From positions 62,968 through 126,967 of the forward strand of contig CAZSKU010000001.1 in NCBI GenBank assembly GCA_964607515.1: a DNA stretch of 64,000 nt, in the 5' to 3' direction. Of this stretch, positions 19,568-29,238 are shown piece by piece. Below the pieces are notes generated by a model, which made no database searches, was not told where the DNA came from, and saw only the letters and a list, made by a program, of their open reading frames with translations. Source of the stretch: an uncultured bacterium. Its GTDB lineage: Bacteria; Fermentibacterota; Fermentibacteria; Fermentibacterales; JCC-6. Position 1 is the stretch's first letter, and each line of letters opens with the position of its first letter. Position numbers and translations under genes: made by a program.

Positions 19568-19685
19568 GGGTTTTCTCCTCGCCTTAGACGGTCTGCGCCT
19601 GGAACAAGACATTCCTTTCCGTGCTAAATGATAAAAATGCGATTCATGGCATTCACAAGCCGAGCAGCCTCCTCAATTCCCATTT

Positions 19686-19701
19686 CGGCAGCTTGAATGC
19701 T
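19686..19701 (+). promoter_or_regulatory. Possible sigma54 -24/-12 promoter
   Basis: CGGCAG-CTTGA-ATGCT gives GG-N10-GC, with an AT-rich tract upstream; about 38 nt before ATG 19739. Confidence 0.35.
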
Positions 19702-19738
19702 GTTTAGCCAAGTCTGGAGCACTGGAGGGGAGGGTTCC

Positions 19739-20563
19739 ATGAACGACGAGGGCAGTATAACCGGATGCTTCAGCGGATTCAGGAGGACCGGGAACCCCGC
19801 CTTTCTGGCAAGGGCCCTGGTTCTGTCGTTCCGCCAGGGAAGGCTCCCCGAGATCGCCCGCAGCGCCGCCATGGAGCTGGCGATTCGGCCCTCCACGGTC
19901 TCGCGGGTGGGGGATGACTTCCGGAATGTGGTAGGCAGGACTGATTCGCATCTCGGCGGCACCTTCACACGGGAAGGGATGGCGGAGAAGTTCGGGAACA
20001 TGTTCCTGGAACTCCCGAAGGACTTCCAGGGAACCCGCTGGTCCAACCTCTGTCCGGTGGGCGATCTCACGGTGGTGGGGGAGTACTTCGAGGGGAAGCG
20101 GCTGTTCCTGGTGGGAAGGGAGCGCTGCCTGCAGTTCCGTCGGTACCTCGACCAGCCCGACGTGCGGCACATCCACTCGGTCATCAGCCGGGGGGACGAA
20201 ATCCTCGTGTCCACAGGCGACGCCCGGAAGGCCCTGGATCTATGGCGGCTGACGGGGGAGGATCTGGTGTTCGTGAAAAGGCTGAGAAAGAACTCCGCCG
20301 GGTTCACCGGAGCGACGAAGCTGGGGGGAAAGCTTTTTTTCGGCACCGACTTCAGCAGCCGGCCCAACTGGATAGAGACAGGCCGGAAAAGGTTTCCCTT
20401 CCCCCGGGCATGCTACCGATTCTACGTGGAGGCCATGCAGGCGGTTGACTCCAGGTTCATCGTCACGGTGAACAAGGACAAGCTGGTCAGCAGAGGCAGG
20501 AAGGTCTGGTCGGTGTTCGACGCCGTGGAGGGAAAGTTCCTGTACAGCGGAGAGCGCCCGTGA
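19739..20563 (+). CDS. Hypothetical protein, probably beta-propeller-like
   Basis: GGAGG RBS, 274 codons, short beta-strand-like units (VRHIHSV, ILVSTGD, KLFFGTD). Confidence 0.65.
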   Translation: MNDEGSITGCFSGFRRTGNPAFLARALVLSFRQGRLPEIARSAAMELAIRPSTVSRVGDDFRNVVGRTDSHLGGTFTREGMAEKFGNMFLELPKDFQGTRWSNLCPVGDLTVVGEYFEGKRLFLVGRERCLQFRRYLDQPDVRHIHSVISRGDEILVSTGDARKALDLWRLTGEDLVFVKRLRKNSAGFTGATKLGGKLFFGTDFSSRPNWIETGRKRFPFPRACYRFYVEAMQAVDSRFIVTVNKDKLVSRGRKVWSVFDAVEGKFLYSGERP

Positions 20564-20676
20564 CCTGGTGGCGGCGCCATTGTTCCCGGGGCCGTCGGGG
20601 GTCATCTTCGGGGTGCCCGGGCCGGGAACCGGCTTACCCCCCTCCGCCCGGTGAACCGATGCATTGGAGGTGCACC

Positions 20677-22362
20677 ATGCGGCTGGCCTGTTCTTCGGCG
20701 TTCAGATCTCTGGTATCTGTGACCGCATTGCTCTGCTCCGGGGCTTTCGCCGGCGCGGAGCACTTTCCCGGGCCTGAAACTCCCCATGACGTTCCGTTTC
20801 CAGTCCCCGGCGAGACGGGTCCCGACGTTCCGAGCCTTCTGCCCGGTCCTTACGGCCCTCCGGAAAACCCCCAGGTGGGCGATTCCTGGCTGTGGTGGCT
20901 CTGGGTTCACGACCCGATGCCGCCCCACTTCGAGCAGGCGATGTGCACCGTGCGGGGGGTCGGGGAGAACGCCTACGTGGTGGTGAGGGACGAGGAATGG
21001 CTGGTGTCGGTGGACCAGGCGGACGTAGACCAGATCCTCGAGCGGTGGGACAACAGTTCCATAGGGCCCTGGCCCGACCGGGGGATTTTCGAGAACGACA
21101 CCACGGCCTTCGGGCCACCTCCCGACGCCCTGGACCAGGATCCCAGGATCTATCTGGTGTGGTTCGACTTCGGTATCTCGGCGGACGGTTTCTTCTTCTG
21201 GTTCGACCAGTTCCCAGAGGGCACCTATCCCCAGTACCACAGCAACGAGTGCGAGACGCTCTACCTGAACCCCTACAGTTCCGGAGGTCCTTCGGGGGAC
21301 TACATGCTGGCGGTGGCGGCCCACGAGTTCCAGCACATGATCCACTGGAACCACGACGAGGATGAGGCTTCCTGGGTGAACGAAGGGCTGAGCGAGATGG
21401 CCATGTGGATCTACGGAGCGCCGGACAACATCTCCTCCTTCAACTCGAACCCCGACAACTCTCTGATCACATGGAGCGGAACCTGGGCCGATTACATCAA
21501 GACCTACCTGTGGACGCTGTACTTCTACGAGCGGTGCGGGGGGATGGAGTCCCTCGGAGACGTGGTCCAGGAGGCTGCCAACTCGGTGGCCGGGTACGAA
21601 AACGTGCTGGACGGCCTGGGGTACCCCGGCGGGTTCGCCGACCTGTTCGCCGACTGGACGGTGGCCAACTATCTGGACGATCCATCCATCTCGGACGGAA
21701 GGTTCGGGTACCTGGGGGACGAACTGCCCCCCTTCTCCCACGCCGGAAGCTATTCGTCCTATCCGGTTCTGGACGTGTACAAGACGGTGAACCACTGGGC
21801 TGCGGACTATTACCGGTTCCAGGCCCTGGATTCCCTGGGGGCCCTGGCGCTGGCCTTCGACGGGTCCGACGACAATTCCTTCGCCGTGTGGGGGCTTGTG
21901 CTCCGGGGCGGCGGGGATACCGAGGTGCACCGGATGACCCTCGACGGAGCCACCCAGACCGGCGGCCTGGTGCTTGAGGGCCTCTCGGACCCCGACGACA
22001 AGGTGATCCTGGTGGTGGCGGGCGCCTCGGGCTCCGGCGGAACGGGGTACGTTTTCAGCGCCCAGGCCCCCCAGGGGGCGGCGCCCGGAGGGGAACCTGA
22101 ACCTGGGCCGCCAAGGCTGATAGCCCGGCCGAACCCGTTCCACCACGTCGTGGCCCTGTCCGTTACCCCCATTCCTTCAGGGGGGATACCGACGGTGGAG
22201 ATCTTCGACCTGGCGGGAAGGCTGGTGAAGCGGTTCGTCCCGGGGGAGGAACTGATCTGGGACGGCCGGCTTGAGACCGGGCAGCAGGCATCATGCGGGG
22301 TTTACCTGGCCCGGCTGACCGTGCAGGGAAACACCTTGAAGGCGGCGCTGTTGTTGCTCTGA
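20677..22362 (+). CDS. Secreted zinc metallopeptidase (M30/immune inhibitor A-like) with T9SS/FlgD-like C-terminal tail
   Basis: GGAGG RBS, signal peptide, AAHEFQHMIHW, WVNEGLSE; tail PNPF...EIFDLAGRLV...IWDG...GVYLARL. Confidence 0.85.
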   Translation: MRLACSSAFRSLVSVTALLCSGAFAGAEHFPGPETPHDVPFPVPGETGPDVPSLLPGPYGPPENPQVGDSWLWWLWVHDPMPPHFEQAMCTVRGVGENAYVVVRDEEWLVSVDQADVDQILERWDNSSIGPWPDRGIFENDTTAFGPPPDALDQDPRIYLVWFDFGISADGFFFWFDQFPEGTYPQYHSNECETLYLNPYSSGGPSGDYMLAVAAHEFQHMIHWNHDEDEASWVNEGLSEMAMWIYGAPDNISSFNSNPDNSLITWSGTWADYIKTYLWTLYFYERCGGMESLGDVVQEAANSVAGYENVLDGLGYPGGFADLFADWTVANYLDDPSISDGRFGYLGDELPPFSHAGSYSSYPVLDVYKTVNHWAADYYRFQALDSLGALALAFDGSDDNSFAVWGLVLRGGGDTEVHRMTLDGATQTGGLVLEGLSDPDDKVILVVAGASGSGGTGYVFSAQAPQGAAPGGEPEPGPPRLIARPNPFHHVVALSVTPIPSGGIPTVEIFDLAGRLVKRFVPGEELIWDGRLETGQQASCGVYLARLTVQGNTLKAALLLL

Positions 22363-22373
22363 TCCGCCCCGGT

Positions 22374-25220
22374 TCAGCCCACTACCCTGCAGCCGGCCCT
22401 CTCCATGGCCCCCGCCAGGTGCGTTCCCGTGGGGGAGTCCGGATGCGCCGCTATCTCCTCCGGAGTTCCCGCAGCGATGATCCTTCCTCCGCCTTCGCCC
22501 CCCTCGGGCCCCAGGTCCACTATCCAGTCGGCGTTCCTCACCACGTCCAGGTTGTGCTCTATCACCAGAACAGTGTTTCCCGCCCCCACCAGCCGGTCCA
22601 GGACAATCAGCAGCCTGTTGACGTCGTGGGGGTGTAGCCCGGTGGTGGGTTCGTCAAGGATGTAGAGGGTGTGGGTGGTGGAGGGGCGCGCCAGCTCCCT
22701 GGCCAGTTTCACCCTCTGGGCCTCGCCCCCGGACAGGGTGGTGGCCGGCTGCCCCAGCCTGATGTACCCCAGCCCCACGTCCGCCAGTACCCTGATGGTG
22801 CCGTAGACCTGGGGGATCCTCTCGAAGAGGGTCATGGCATCGTCCACGGTGAGGTTCAAGACGTCCGAGATGCTGAAGTCCCTGAACTTCACCCTGAGGG
22901 TTTCCCGGTTGAACCTGAGCCCGCGGCAGGTTTCGCACTCCACGTAGACGTCCGGCAGGAAGTGCATTTCGATCCGCTTCACCCCCGCGCCGCCGCAGTC
23001 CTCGCAACGTCCGCCCTTCACGTTGAAGCTGAACCGTCCAGGCTTGTATCCCCTAACCCTGGATTCCGGAAGTTCGGCGAACAGGTTGCGGATGGAGTCG
23101 AACGCTTTGGTGTAGGTGGCGGGATTGGAGCGGGGAGTTCTCCCGATGGGGTCCTGGCTGATGCAGATCACCTTGTCAACGTGTTCCACGCCGTTCATGT
23201 CCCGGAAGGGGCCCGGGACCAGGGAGGCCGAACCGGTGCCCAGGGCCGAAGCCACCGCGGGGTAGAGGGTCTGGGTGATAAGGGAGCTTTTCCCCGAACC
23301 TGAGACTCCGGTGACGCAGACCATCTTGCCCAGGGGAATCGAGAGGTCCACCGACTTCAGGTTGTGCATGGAAGCCCCACGTATCCGCAGGGTTCCGTGG
23401 GACTTTTTTCTGGGGGTGGCCAACCGGACTATGGTCTTCCTTCCGGAGAGGTAGTCGCCGGTTATGGAGTCCGGATTTCTCATTATCTCTTCGGGGGTTC
23501 CCTGGGCCACGAGTCGTCCGCCGTGAGTGCCGGCGCCGGGGCCGAAGTCCAGGATGTGATCGGCCTTCAGGAGGGTGTCCGGGTCGTGCTCAACCACCAG
23601 CACCGTGTTGTCCAGGTCCCGCAGGTGCTCCAGGGTGGTGACAAGCCGGGCGGTGTCCCTGGGATGAAGCCCCACCGTAGGCTCATCCAGCACGTACAGC
23701 ACCCCGGTGAGCCCGCTTCCGATCTGGCTTGCCAGCCTGATCCTCTGGGCCTCTCCTCCCGCCAGGGTGGGGGCGGGCCGGTCCAGGGCCAGGTAGTGCA
23801 GCCCTACGTCCCTGAGAAAACCGAGCCTGGCGCCGATTTCCTTCAGAAGACCCGAAGCCACGGCGGCCCTTCCATCGTCCAGGATGAGGCCGCTGAAAAA
23901 GGCGTCCGCCTCGCCGACCGTCATGGATGACACCCGGGCTATAGACACTCCGGAGAAGAGAACCGCCCGGGACTCCGGCCTGAGCCTGGTGCCCCCGCAG
24001 TCCTCGCAGGTGTAACGTCGGAAGTACTTCTCGTATTGCTCCCGGGCTCCTTCGCTGCTGGTGCTTCGTTGAAGCCTCTGAAGCCGGGGGATCACCCCCT
24101 CGAAGGGGCCGGTCCAGCTGCCCTGGCTGGTGGTTCCCTGCCAGTCGAACCTCACCGGCCGGTCGCCGGAGCCGTGAAGGATCAGGTCCTTCACTTCCTG
24201 GGGAAGCCTCTTCCACGGTGTTCCCGGATTGAAGCCGTATTCCCGGGCAAGGCTCTTCAGGGCAGAGGAGACCCATCCATGGGGAATGCCCCAGGGGGCC
24301 ACCGCACCGTCCTTTATGGAAAGGGCGGGTCTGGGGATCACCAGGGCGGGGTCCACCCTGAGCTGAAAACCAAGACCGGAGCAGCTCCTGCACATGCCGG
24401 CTGGGTTGTTGAAGCTGAAGAGCTGGGGGGTCAGTTCCGGCATGCTCACCCCGCATTTCACGCAGGCGCTCTTCTCGCTCATGAGGGTTTCCTCCCCGGT
24501 GTCCGCGTCTATCACCGCCAGAACGCCCTCCCCCTCCTTTACCGCGGTCTCCACCGAGTCGGCCAGCCGGCTTTCCACCCCAGGCCCGACCTGCAGCCTG
24601 TCCACCACTATCATCAGGGAGTGGCGCTTCCTGGGGTCCAGATGCTTGAGGTCCTCCACCGGGGTGACTTCTCCGTCAAGTATAACCCGGACGAATCCCT
24701 TTCTGCGGATCTCCGTGAGCAGGTCCGCCCGGGCTCCCTTTCTGTTCATGACAACCGGGGCGGCCACCATGATCCTGGTTCCCGGAGGCATGCGAAGGAT
24801 CGCGTCGGTCATCTGCTGAACGGTCTGGGAGGATACCGGCCTGCCGCAGACAGGGCAGTGGGGCTCCCCCGCCCGGGCGAAGAGCACCCGGAGGAAGTCG
24901 GCTATCTCGGTGACGGTGCCCACCGTGGATCTCGGGTTGTGGCTGACCGTCTTCTGCTCGATGGCGATGGCCGGGGAGAGCCCTTCTATGGAGTCGTAGT
25001 CGGGTTTGTCCATCTGACCGAGGAACTGCCGAGCGTATGCGGACAGGGACTCGATGTACCTTCGCTGTCCCTCGGCGTAAAGGGTGTCGAAGGCGAAGGA
25101 ACTCTTTCCCGAACCTGACACTCCGCTGAGAACAACCAGCCTGTTCCTTGGGATGTCCACCGAAACGCCCGCCAGGTTGTGCACCCTGGCCCCCCTGACC
25201 TTGATGGAATGTTCGGACAA
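22374..25220 (-). CDS. uvrA: Excinuclease ABC subunit A
   Basis: Two ABC domains (GVSGSGKSS twice, LAGGEAQR and LSGGEAQR, LDEP) and zinc fingers. TTG start at 25220 after GGTGGGAG matches the usual IKVRGAR.HNL N-terminus. Confidence 0.98.
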   Translation of the reverse strand: MSEHSIKVRGARVHNLAGVSVDIPRNRLVVLSGVSGSGKSSFAFDTLYAEGQRRYIESLSAYARQFLGQMDKPDYDSIEGLSPAIAIEQKTVSHNPRSTVGTVTEIADFLRVLFARAGEPHCPVCGRPVSSQTVQQMTDAILRMPPGTRIMVAAPVVMNRKGARADLLTEIRRKGFVRVILDGEVTPVEDLKHLDPRKRHSLMIVVDRLQVGPGVESRLADSVETAVKEGEGVLAVIDADTGEETLMSEKSACVKCGVSMPELTPQLFSFNNPAGMCRSCSGLGFQLRVDPALVIPRPALSIKDGAVAPWGIPHGWVSSALKSLAREYGFNPGTPWKRLPQEVKDLILHGSGDRPVRFDWQGTTSQGSWTGPFEGVIPRLQRLQRSTSSEGAREQYEKYFRRYTCEDCGGTRLRPESRAVLFSGVSIARVSSMTVGEADAFFSGLILDDGRAAVASGLLKEIGARLGFLRDVGLHYLALDRPAPTLAGGEAQRIRLASQIGSGLTGVLYVLDEPTVGLHPRDTARLVTTLEHLRDLDNTVLVVEHDPDTLLKADHILDFGPGAGTHGGRLVAQGTPEEIMRNPDSITGDYLSGRKTIVRLATPRKKSHGTLRIRGASMHNLKSVDLSIPLGKMVCVTGVSGSGKSSLITQTLYPAVASALGTGSASLVPGPFRDMNGVEHVDKVICISQDPIGRTPRSNPATYTKAFDSIRNLFAELPESRVRGYKPGRFSFNVKGGRCEDCGGAGVKRIEMHFLPDVYVECETCRGLRFNRETLRVKFRDFSISDVLNLTVDDAMTLFERIPQVYGTIRVLADVGLGYIRLGQPATTLSGGEAQRVKLARELARPSTTHTLYILDEPTTGLHPHDVNRLLIVLDRLVGAGNTVLVIEHNLDVVRNADWIVDLGPEGGEGGGRIIAAGTPEEIAAHPDSPTGTHLAGAMERAGCRVVG

Positions 25221-25377
25221 AACTCCCACCGCCTTCCCCGGGTAATCGGAAAAATATAGCCGCCTGCGGGAACCCCGTGCCACAAAGACACCCGGGGAAA
25301 GGCCCGGACCGCAGCAGGCGGTTGTCTGGGGGGCATAAAGTTCTACAGCGCAGGGATATGGACGGTAGCGGGACGAA

Positions 25378-25393
25378 TGGCAAACAGGTTGCT
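25378..25393 (+). promoter_or_regulatory. sigma54 -24/-12 promoter upstream of dnaK
   Basis: TGGCAA-ACAGG-TTGCT matches TGGCAC-N5-TTGCW at 10 of 11 defined positions with exact spacing; about 95 nt before the dnaK ATG. Confidence 0.65.
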
Positions 25394-25488
25394 TTGATTT
25401 AAAGCAGCATCACCAGGCCCGGTGGAAGAAAACACAAGGTGTTGTCCGGGTTTAGATTGTGAAAAGATTGGTTTGAATGGAGGATAAA

Positions 25489-27393
25489 ATGTCTAAGGTC
25501 ATCGGCATAGACCTAGGTACCACCAACAGCTGTGTTGCGGTGATGGAGGGCGGAGACCCGGTGGTCATCGCCAACGCCGAGGGAGCCCGCACCACCCCTT
25601 CCGTGGTGGCGCTGTCCGACGGCGGTGAACGGCTGGTGGGGATCGTGGCCAAACGCCAGGCCGTTGCCAACCCCGGGAACACGGTTTTCTCCATCAAGAG
25701 GCTCATGGGCCGCAAATTCAGCGAGTCCGGTTCAGAAGCCAAGCTGGTTCCCTACAAGATCGTCGAGGGCAAGAACGGCGACGCCTGGGTTGAGATCCAG
25801 GGGCGCAAGTACTCGCCTCCCGAGATTTCCGCCATGGTTCTGCAGAAGATGAAGCAGACCGCGGAGGACTACCTGGGCGAGGAGGTGAAGCAGGCCGTCA
25901 TCACCGTTCCGGCCTACTTCAACGACAGTCAGAGGCAGGCCACCAAGGACGCGGGCAAGATCGCCGGGCTGGAGGTCCTTCGAATAGTCAACGAGCCCAC
26001 CGCAGCGGCCCTGGCCTACGGTCTGGGCAAGGGCCACGGGAATGCCACCGTGGCGGTGTACGACCTGGGCGGAGGCACCTTCGACATCTCCATCCTCGAA
26101 ATTGGCGACGGCGTCTTCGAGGTGAAGTCCACCAACGGCGACACCCACCTGGGGGGCGACGACTTCGACCAGCTCATAATCAACTGGCTGGTGGACGAAT
26201 TCAGAAAGCAGCAGGGCATAGACCTGTCAACCGACCAGATGGCCGTGCAGAGGTTGAAGGAAGCGGCGGAGAGGGCGAAGTGCGAGCTTTCCACCACCCA
26301 GAGCACTGACATCAGTCTTCCCTTCATCACCGCCGACAACACCGGGCCCAAGCATCTGAATATGACCCTCAGCAGGGCCAGGTACGAGCAACTCACCTCC
26401 AAGCTGGTGGAGAGAACGGTCCAGCCCTGCCTTGACGCCATGAGGGATGCCAAGGTCAAGCCTTCCGACATCGGCGAAGTCATCCTTGTAGGAGGCATGA
26501 CCCGGATGCCCCTGGTCCAGGCGAAGGTTAAGGAGCTCTTCGGCCGGGAACCCCACAAGGGCGTGAACCCCGATGAGGTGGTGGCGGTGGGGGCCGCGAT
26601 CCAGGCCGGTGTACTGGCCGGGGACGTGAAGGACGTTCTGCTTTTGGACGTGACTCCCCTCACCCTGGGCATCGAGACCCTGGGAGGGGTCTCCACCCCG
26701 ATCATCGAGAGGAACACTACCATTCCCACCAGGAAGAGCCAGGTCTTCAGCACCGCCGCGGACAACCAGACAAGCGTGGAGATTCACGTGCTTCAGGGCG
26801 AGAGGAAGATGGCAGGCGACAACAAGACCCTGGGAAGGTTCATTCTCGACGGCATTCCGCCGGCCCCCAGGGGTCTTCCCCAGATCGAGGTGGCTTTCGA
26901 CATAGACGCCAACGGCATCGTGAACGTCTCGGCCACGGACAAGGCCACCGGCAAGGCCCAGAAGATCAGAATAGAGGCCTCGAGCGGTCTCACCGAGGAC
27001 GAGATCAACAAGATGGTAAGGGACGCGGAAGTCCATTCAGAGGATGACAGGAAGCGCAAGGAGGCGGTGGAGGCCAGGAACAGGGCCGAGAACCTGGCGT
27101 ACCAGGTGGACAGACAGATGGCCGAACTGGGAGACAAGCTCGACCCGTCCGACCGAAACCGTCTCGAGAACGCGGTGAACGACGTGAAATCGGCCCTGTC
27201 ATCGGAGGACGACAACCGGATTGCCGCTGCCTCCCGGGATCTGGAGAAGGTCTGGCAGGAACTTGGAGCCAAGTTCCACCAGCATTCCGCCCAGGGGGCG
27301 GGACAGGAGCCCTCCCATGGCGAAGAGGCTCCCGGCGGGGGTCCGGAGGTGGAAGCAGATTACGAAGTGATGGACGACCATGACCAGGCGTAA
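25489..27393 (+). CDS. dnaK: Molecular chaperone DnaK
   Basis: [56 protein letters not shown]; GGAGG RBS. Confidence 0.99.
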   Translation: MSKVIGIDLGTTNSCVAVMEGGDPVVIANAEGARTTPSVVALSDGGERLVGIVAKRQAVANPGNTVFSIKRLMGRKFSESGSEAKLVPYKIVEGKNGDAWVEIQGRKYSPPEISAMVLQKMKQTAEDYLGEEVKQAVITVPAYFNDSQRQATKDAGKIAGLEVLRIVNEPTAAALAYGLGKGHGNATVAVYDLGGGTFDISILEIGDGVFEVKSTNGDTHLGGDDFDQLIINWLVDEFRKQQGIDLSTDQMAVQRLKEAAERAKCELSTTQSTDISLPFITADNTGPKHLNMTLSRARYEQLTSKLVERTVQPCLDAMRDAKVKPSDIGEVILVGGMTRMPLVQAKVKELFGREPHKGVNPDEVVAVGAAIQAGVLAGDVKDVLLLDVTPLTLGIETLGGVSTPIIERNTTIPTRKSQVFSTAADNQTSVEIHVLQGERKMAGDNKTLGRFILDGIPPAPRGLPQIEVAFDIDANGIVNVSATDKATGKAQKIRIEASSGLTEDEINKMVRDAEVHSEDDRKRKEAVEARNRAENLAYQVDRQMAELGDKLDPSDRNRLENAVNDVKSALSSEDDNRIAAASRDLEKVWQELGAKFHQHSAQGAGQEPSHGEEAPGGGPEVEADYEVMDDHDQA

Positions 27394-28000
27394 TCCCCGG
27401 CACAGGCCATCGGGAGAGGACCCCCGACGGGACAACATTCCTTCCCGGAGGGGAGGCGGCGAGGAGGAAACTCCCATCGAGCCGGCGGCCCCCGTGGAAG
27501 AACTGGACCTGGAGGAGGAGAAATCCCTGTCGCCGGAGGACTACTGCGTCCTCATGGAGGACTACAGGCGTCTGGCGGCGGACTTCGACAACTACCGCAA
27601 GAGGCAGGCCCGGGATTTCAATCGGCTGATCAGCCAGGGCCGCCGGCAGCTCATCATCGAACTCCTGTCGGTGCTGGACAACTTCGACCGGGCCAGGGAG
27701 ACCCTGGACGGAACCCACCCCGAGTCTGAGATCATCGCCGGGCTTCTCCAGATCGGCAGCCACCTGGAATCCATTCTTCAGAAGGAAGGCCTGAGCGCGG
27801 TGGAAACCTCCGGGGGGGATCACTTCGACCCCAACATTCACGAGGCCATGATGGCCGAGGATTCCCAGGAAGCCACGGCTGATACGGTGAAGCAGGTTCT
27901 TCAGAAGGGGTACCGGCTGGGGCAGGACCTGATCCGCCCGGTAAGGGTGAAGGTGGTCAGGGGTCTTCGTCGGGAGGTTGAAGACGCCGGTGATGAATAG
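27380..28000 (+). CDS. grpE: Nucleotide exchange factor GrpE
   Basis: [42 protein letters not shown]. Confidence 0.93.
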   Translation: MTRRNPRHRPSGEDPRRDNIPSRRGGGEEETPIEPAAPVEELDLEEEKSLSPEDYCVLMEDYRRLAADFDNYRKRQARDFNRLISQGRRQLIIELLSVLDNFDRARETLDGTHPESEIIAGLLQIGSHLESILQKEGLSAVETSGGDHFDPNIHEAMMAEDSQEATADTVKQVLQKGYRLGQDLIRPVRVKVVRGLRREVEDAGDE

Positions 28001-28988
28001 GGATCCCTATTCGACTCTCGGGGTCTCGGAGAGCGCCGGTCAGGACGATATCAGACAGGCCTACCGGAAGCTCGCCAAGAAGTACCATCCAGACGCCAAC
28101 CCCGGGGACAGGAACGCCGAAGAGCGTTTCAAGGAGATCCAGGAAGCCTACGACATCCTGGGAGACCCGGAAAAACGCAGTCAGTTCGACGACGCCAGGA
28201 AGAGCGGTGGAACGTTCTTCCGTCAGGGCGGTCCGGACATGGACTTCCAGGGCGGTTTCGGAGGGCTTGGGGACATCCTCAGCGGCATCTTCGGGGGCGG
28301 TTTCGGAGGGAAGCCCCGGCCACGGAGCACCGTGGTCGACCTTGCGGTGCCCTTCGCCACAGCCGCCCGGGGAGGGACGGTGGAGGCGGTGCTGGAGGTC
28401 CCCCGGGAGTGCCGGATCTGCGGCGGGGTGGGAGGCTCCGGGCGGGAAACCTGCGCCTCGTGCGGAGGCAGCGGCCGGGTGAACAGCGGTCACGGGTTTT
28501 TCACCACCAGCCATGCCTGTCAGAACTGCGGCGGCAGGGGATACACACTGAAGGACGTCTGCGGCGCCTGCCAGGGAAGCGGAAGGGCGGCTTCCAGGGA
28601 AAGGGTGACGGTCACGGTTCCCCCGGGGGTCGAGGACGGAAGCGTACTCCGGATTCCGCTGGGCGGGGTGAACGCCCAGGCCGCGGTCAGGGTTCTTCCA
28701 GACCGGTTTCTGCGCCGGGAGGGCAGGGACATCCACTGCGACGTCTTAATCACAGCGCCCCAAGCGGCGCTGGGCACCCGGGTCATGGTCAGGACCCTTG
28801 ATGGAAGGGTGCGGCTGAAGATTCCCGAGGGCACCCAGCCTGGAACGGTGATCAGAATCCGGGGCAGAGGCGCGGTTCAGCACGGGGTTCAGGGTGACCA
28901 GCTGGTGCATGTCCAGGTGCGGATTCCCAGCGGGCTGTCGCTCCGGGAGAGGGAACTCTGGGAGAATCTTCGGAGATCCGGCAGATAG
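27993..28988 (+). CDS. dnaJ: Molecular chaperone DnaJ
   Basis: J domain with HPD, G/F-rich region, four CxxCxGxG repeats, C-terminal GDQLVHV. Start could be TTG 27978. Confidence 0.95.
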   Translation: MNRDPYSTLGVSESAGQDDIRQAYRKLAKKYHPDANPGDRNAEERFKEIQEAYDILGDPEKRSQFDDARKSGGTFFRQGGPDMDFQGGFGGLGDILSGIFGGGFGGKPRPRSTVVDLAVPFATAARGGTVEAVLEVPRECRICGGVGGSGRETCASCGGSGRVNSGHGFFTTSHACQNCGGRGYTLKDVCGACQGSGRAASRERVTVTVPPGVEDGSVLRIPLGGVNAQAAVRVLPDRFLRREGRDIHCDVLITAPQAALGTRVMVRTLDGRVRLKIPEGTQPGTVIRIRGRGAVQHGVQGDQLVHVQVRIPSGLSLRERELWENLRRSGR

Positions 28989-29046
28989 GCTCGAAACCCG
29001 GTAAAAACTATATTCCGGTGACATCTTTCATTGGGAGGTTGCACCG

Positions 29047-29226
29047 GTGAATCTGGGTTACCTTGCCCTGGTGATCCCCGGGCTTCTGGGGGCATCTCTG
29101 GGATTCGTGATGCTGGGCAGGAGAAAATTCCACGGATTTCTGCCCGGGGCGGTGTTCGTGGCGGGAATGGCGATGCTGGTTCTGGGAGTGCTGCTTGCCT
29201 GCGTGCCGGATTTTTTCCGGGGGTAG
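29047..29226 (+). CDS. Small 59-aa two-TM membrane protein (not in ORF track)
   Basis: GGGAGG RBS then GTG. MNLGYLALVIPGLLGASLGFVMLGRRKFHGFLPGAVFVAGMAMLVLGVLLACVPDFFRG fills the dnaJ-TPR gap. Confidence 0.6.
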   Translation: MNLGYLALVIPGLLGASLGFVMLGRRKFHGFLPGAVFVAGMAMLVLGVLLACVPDFFRG

Positions 29227-29238
29227 ACGCTTCCGAGG

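Noticed and set aside
25284-25488. GGCAAAC as a c-di-GMP-I riboswitch start, or CIRCE/HAIR upstream of dnaK
   Set aside because: No GNRA stem or second GCAAA hairpin, and no CIRCE or HAIR repeats; the sigma54 motif explains the sequence.
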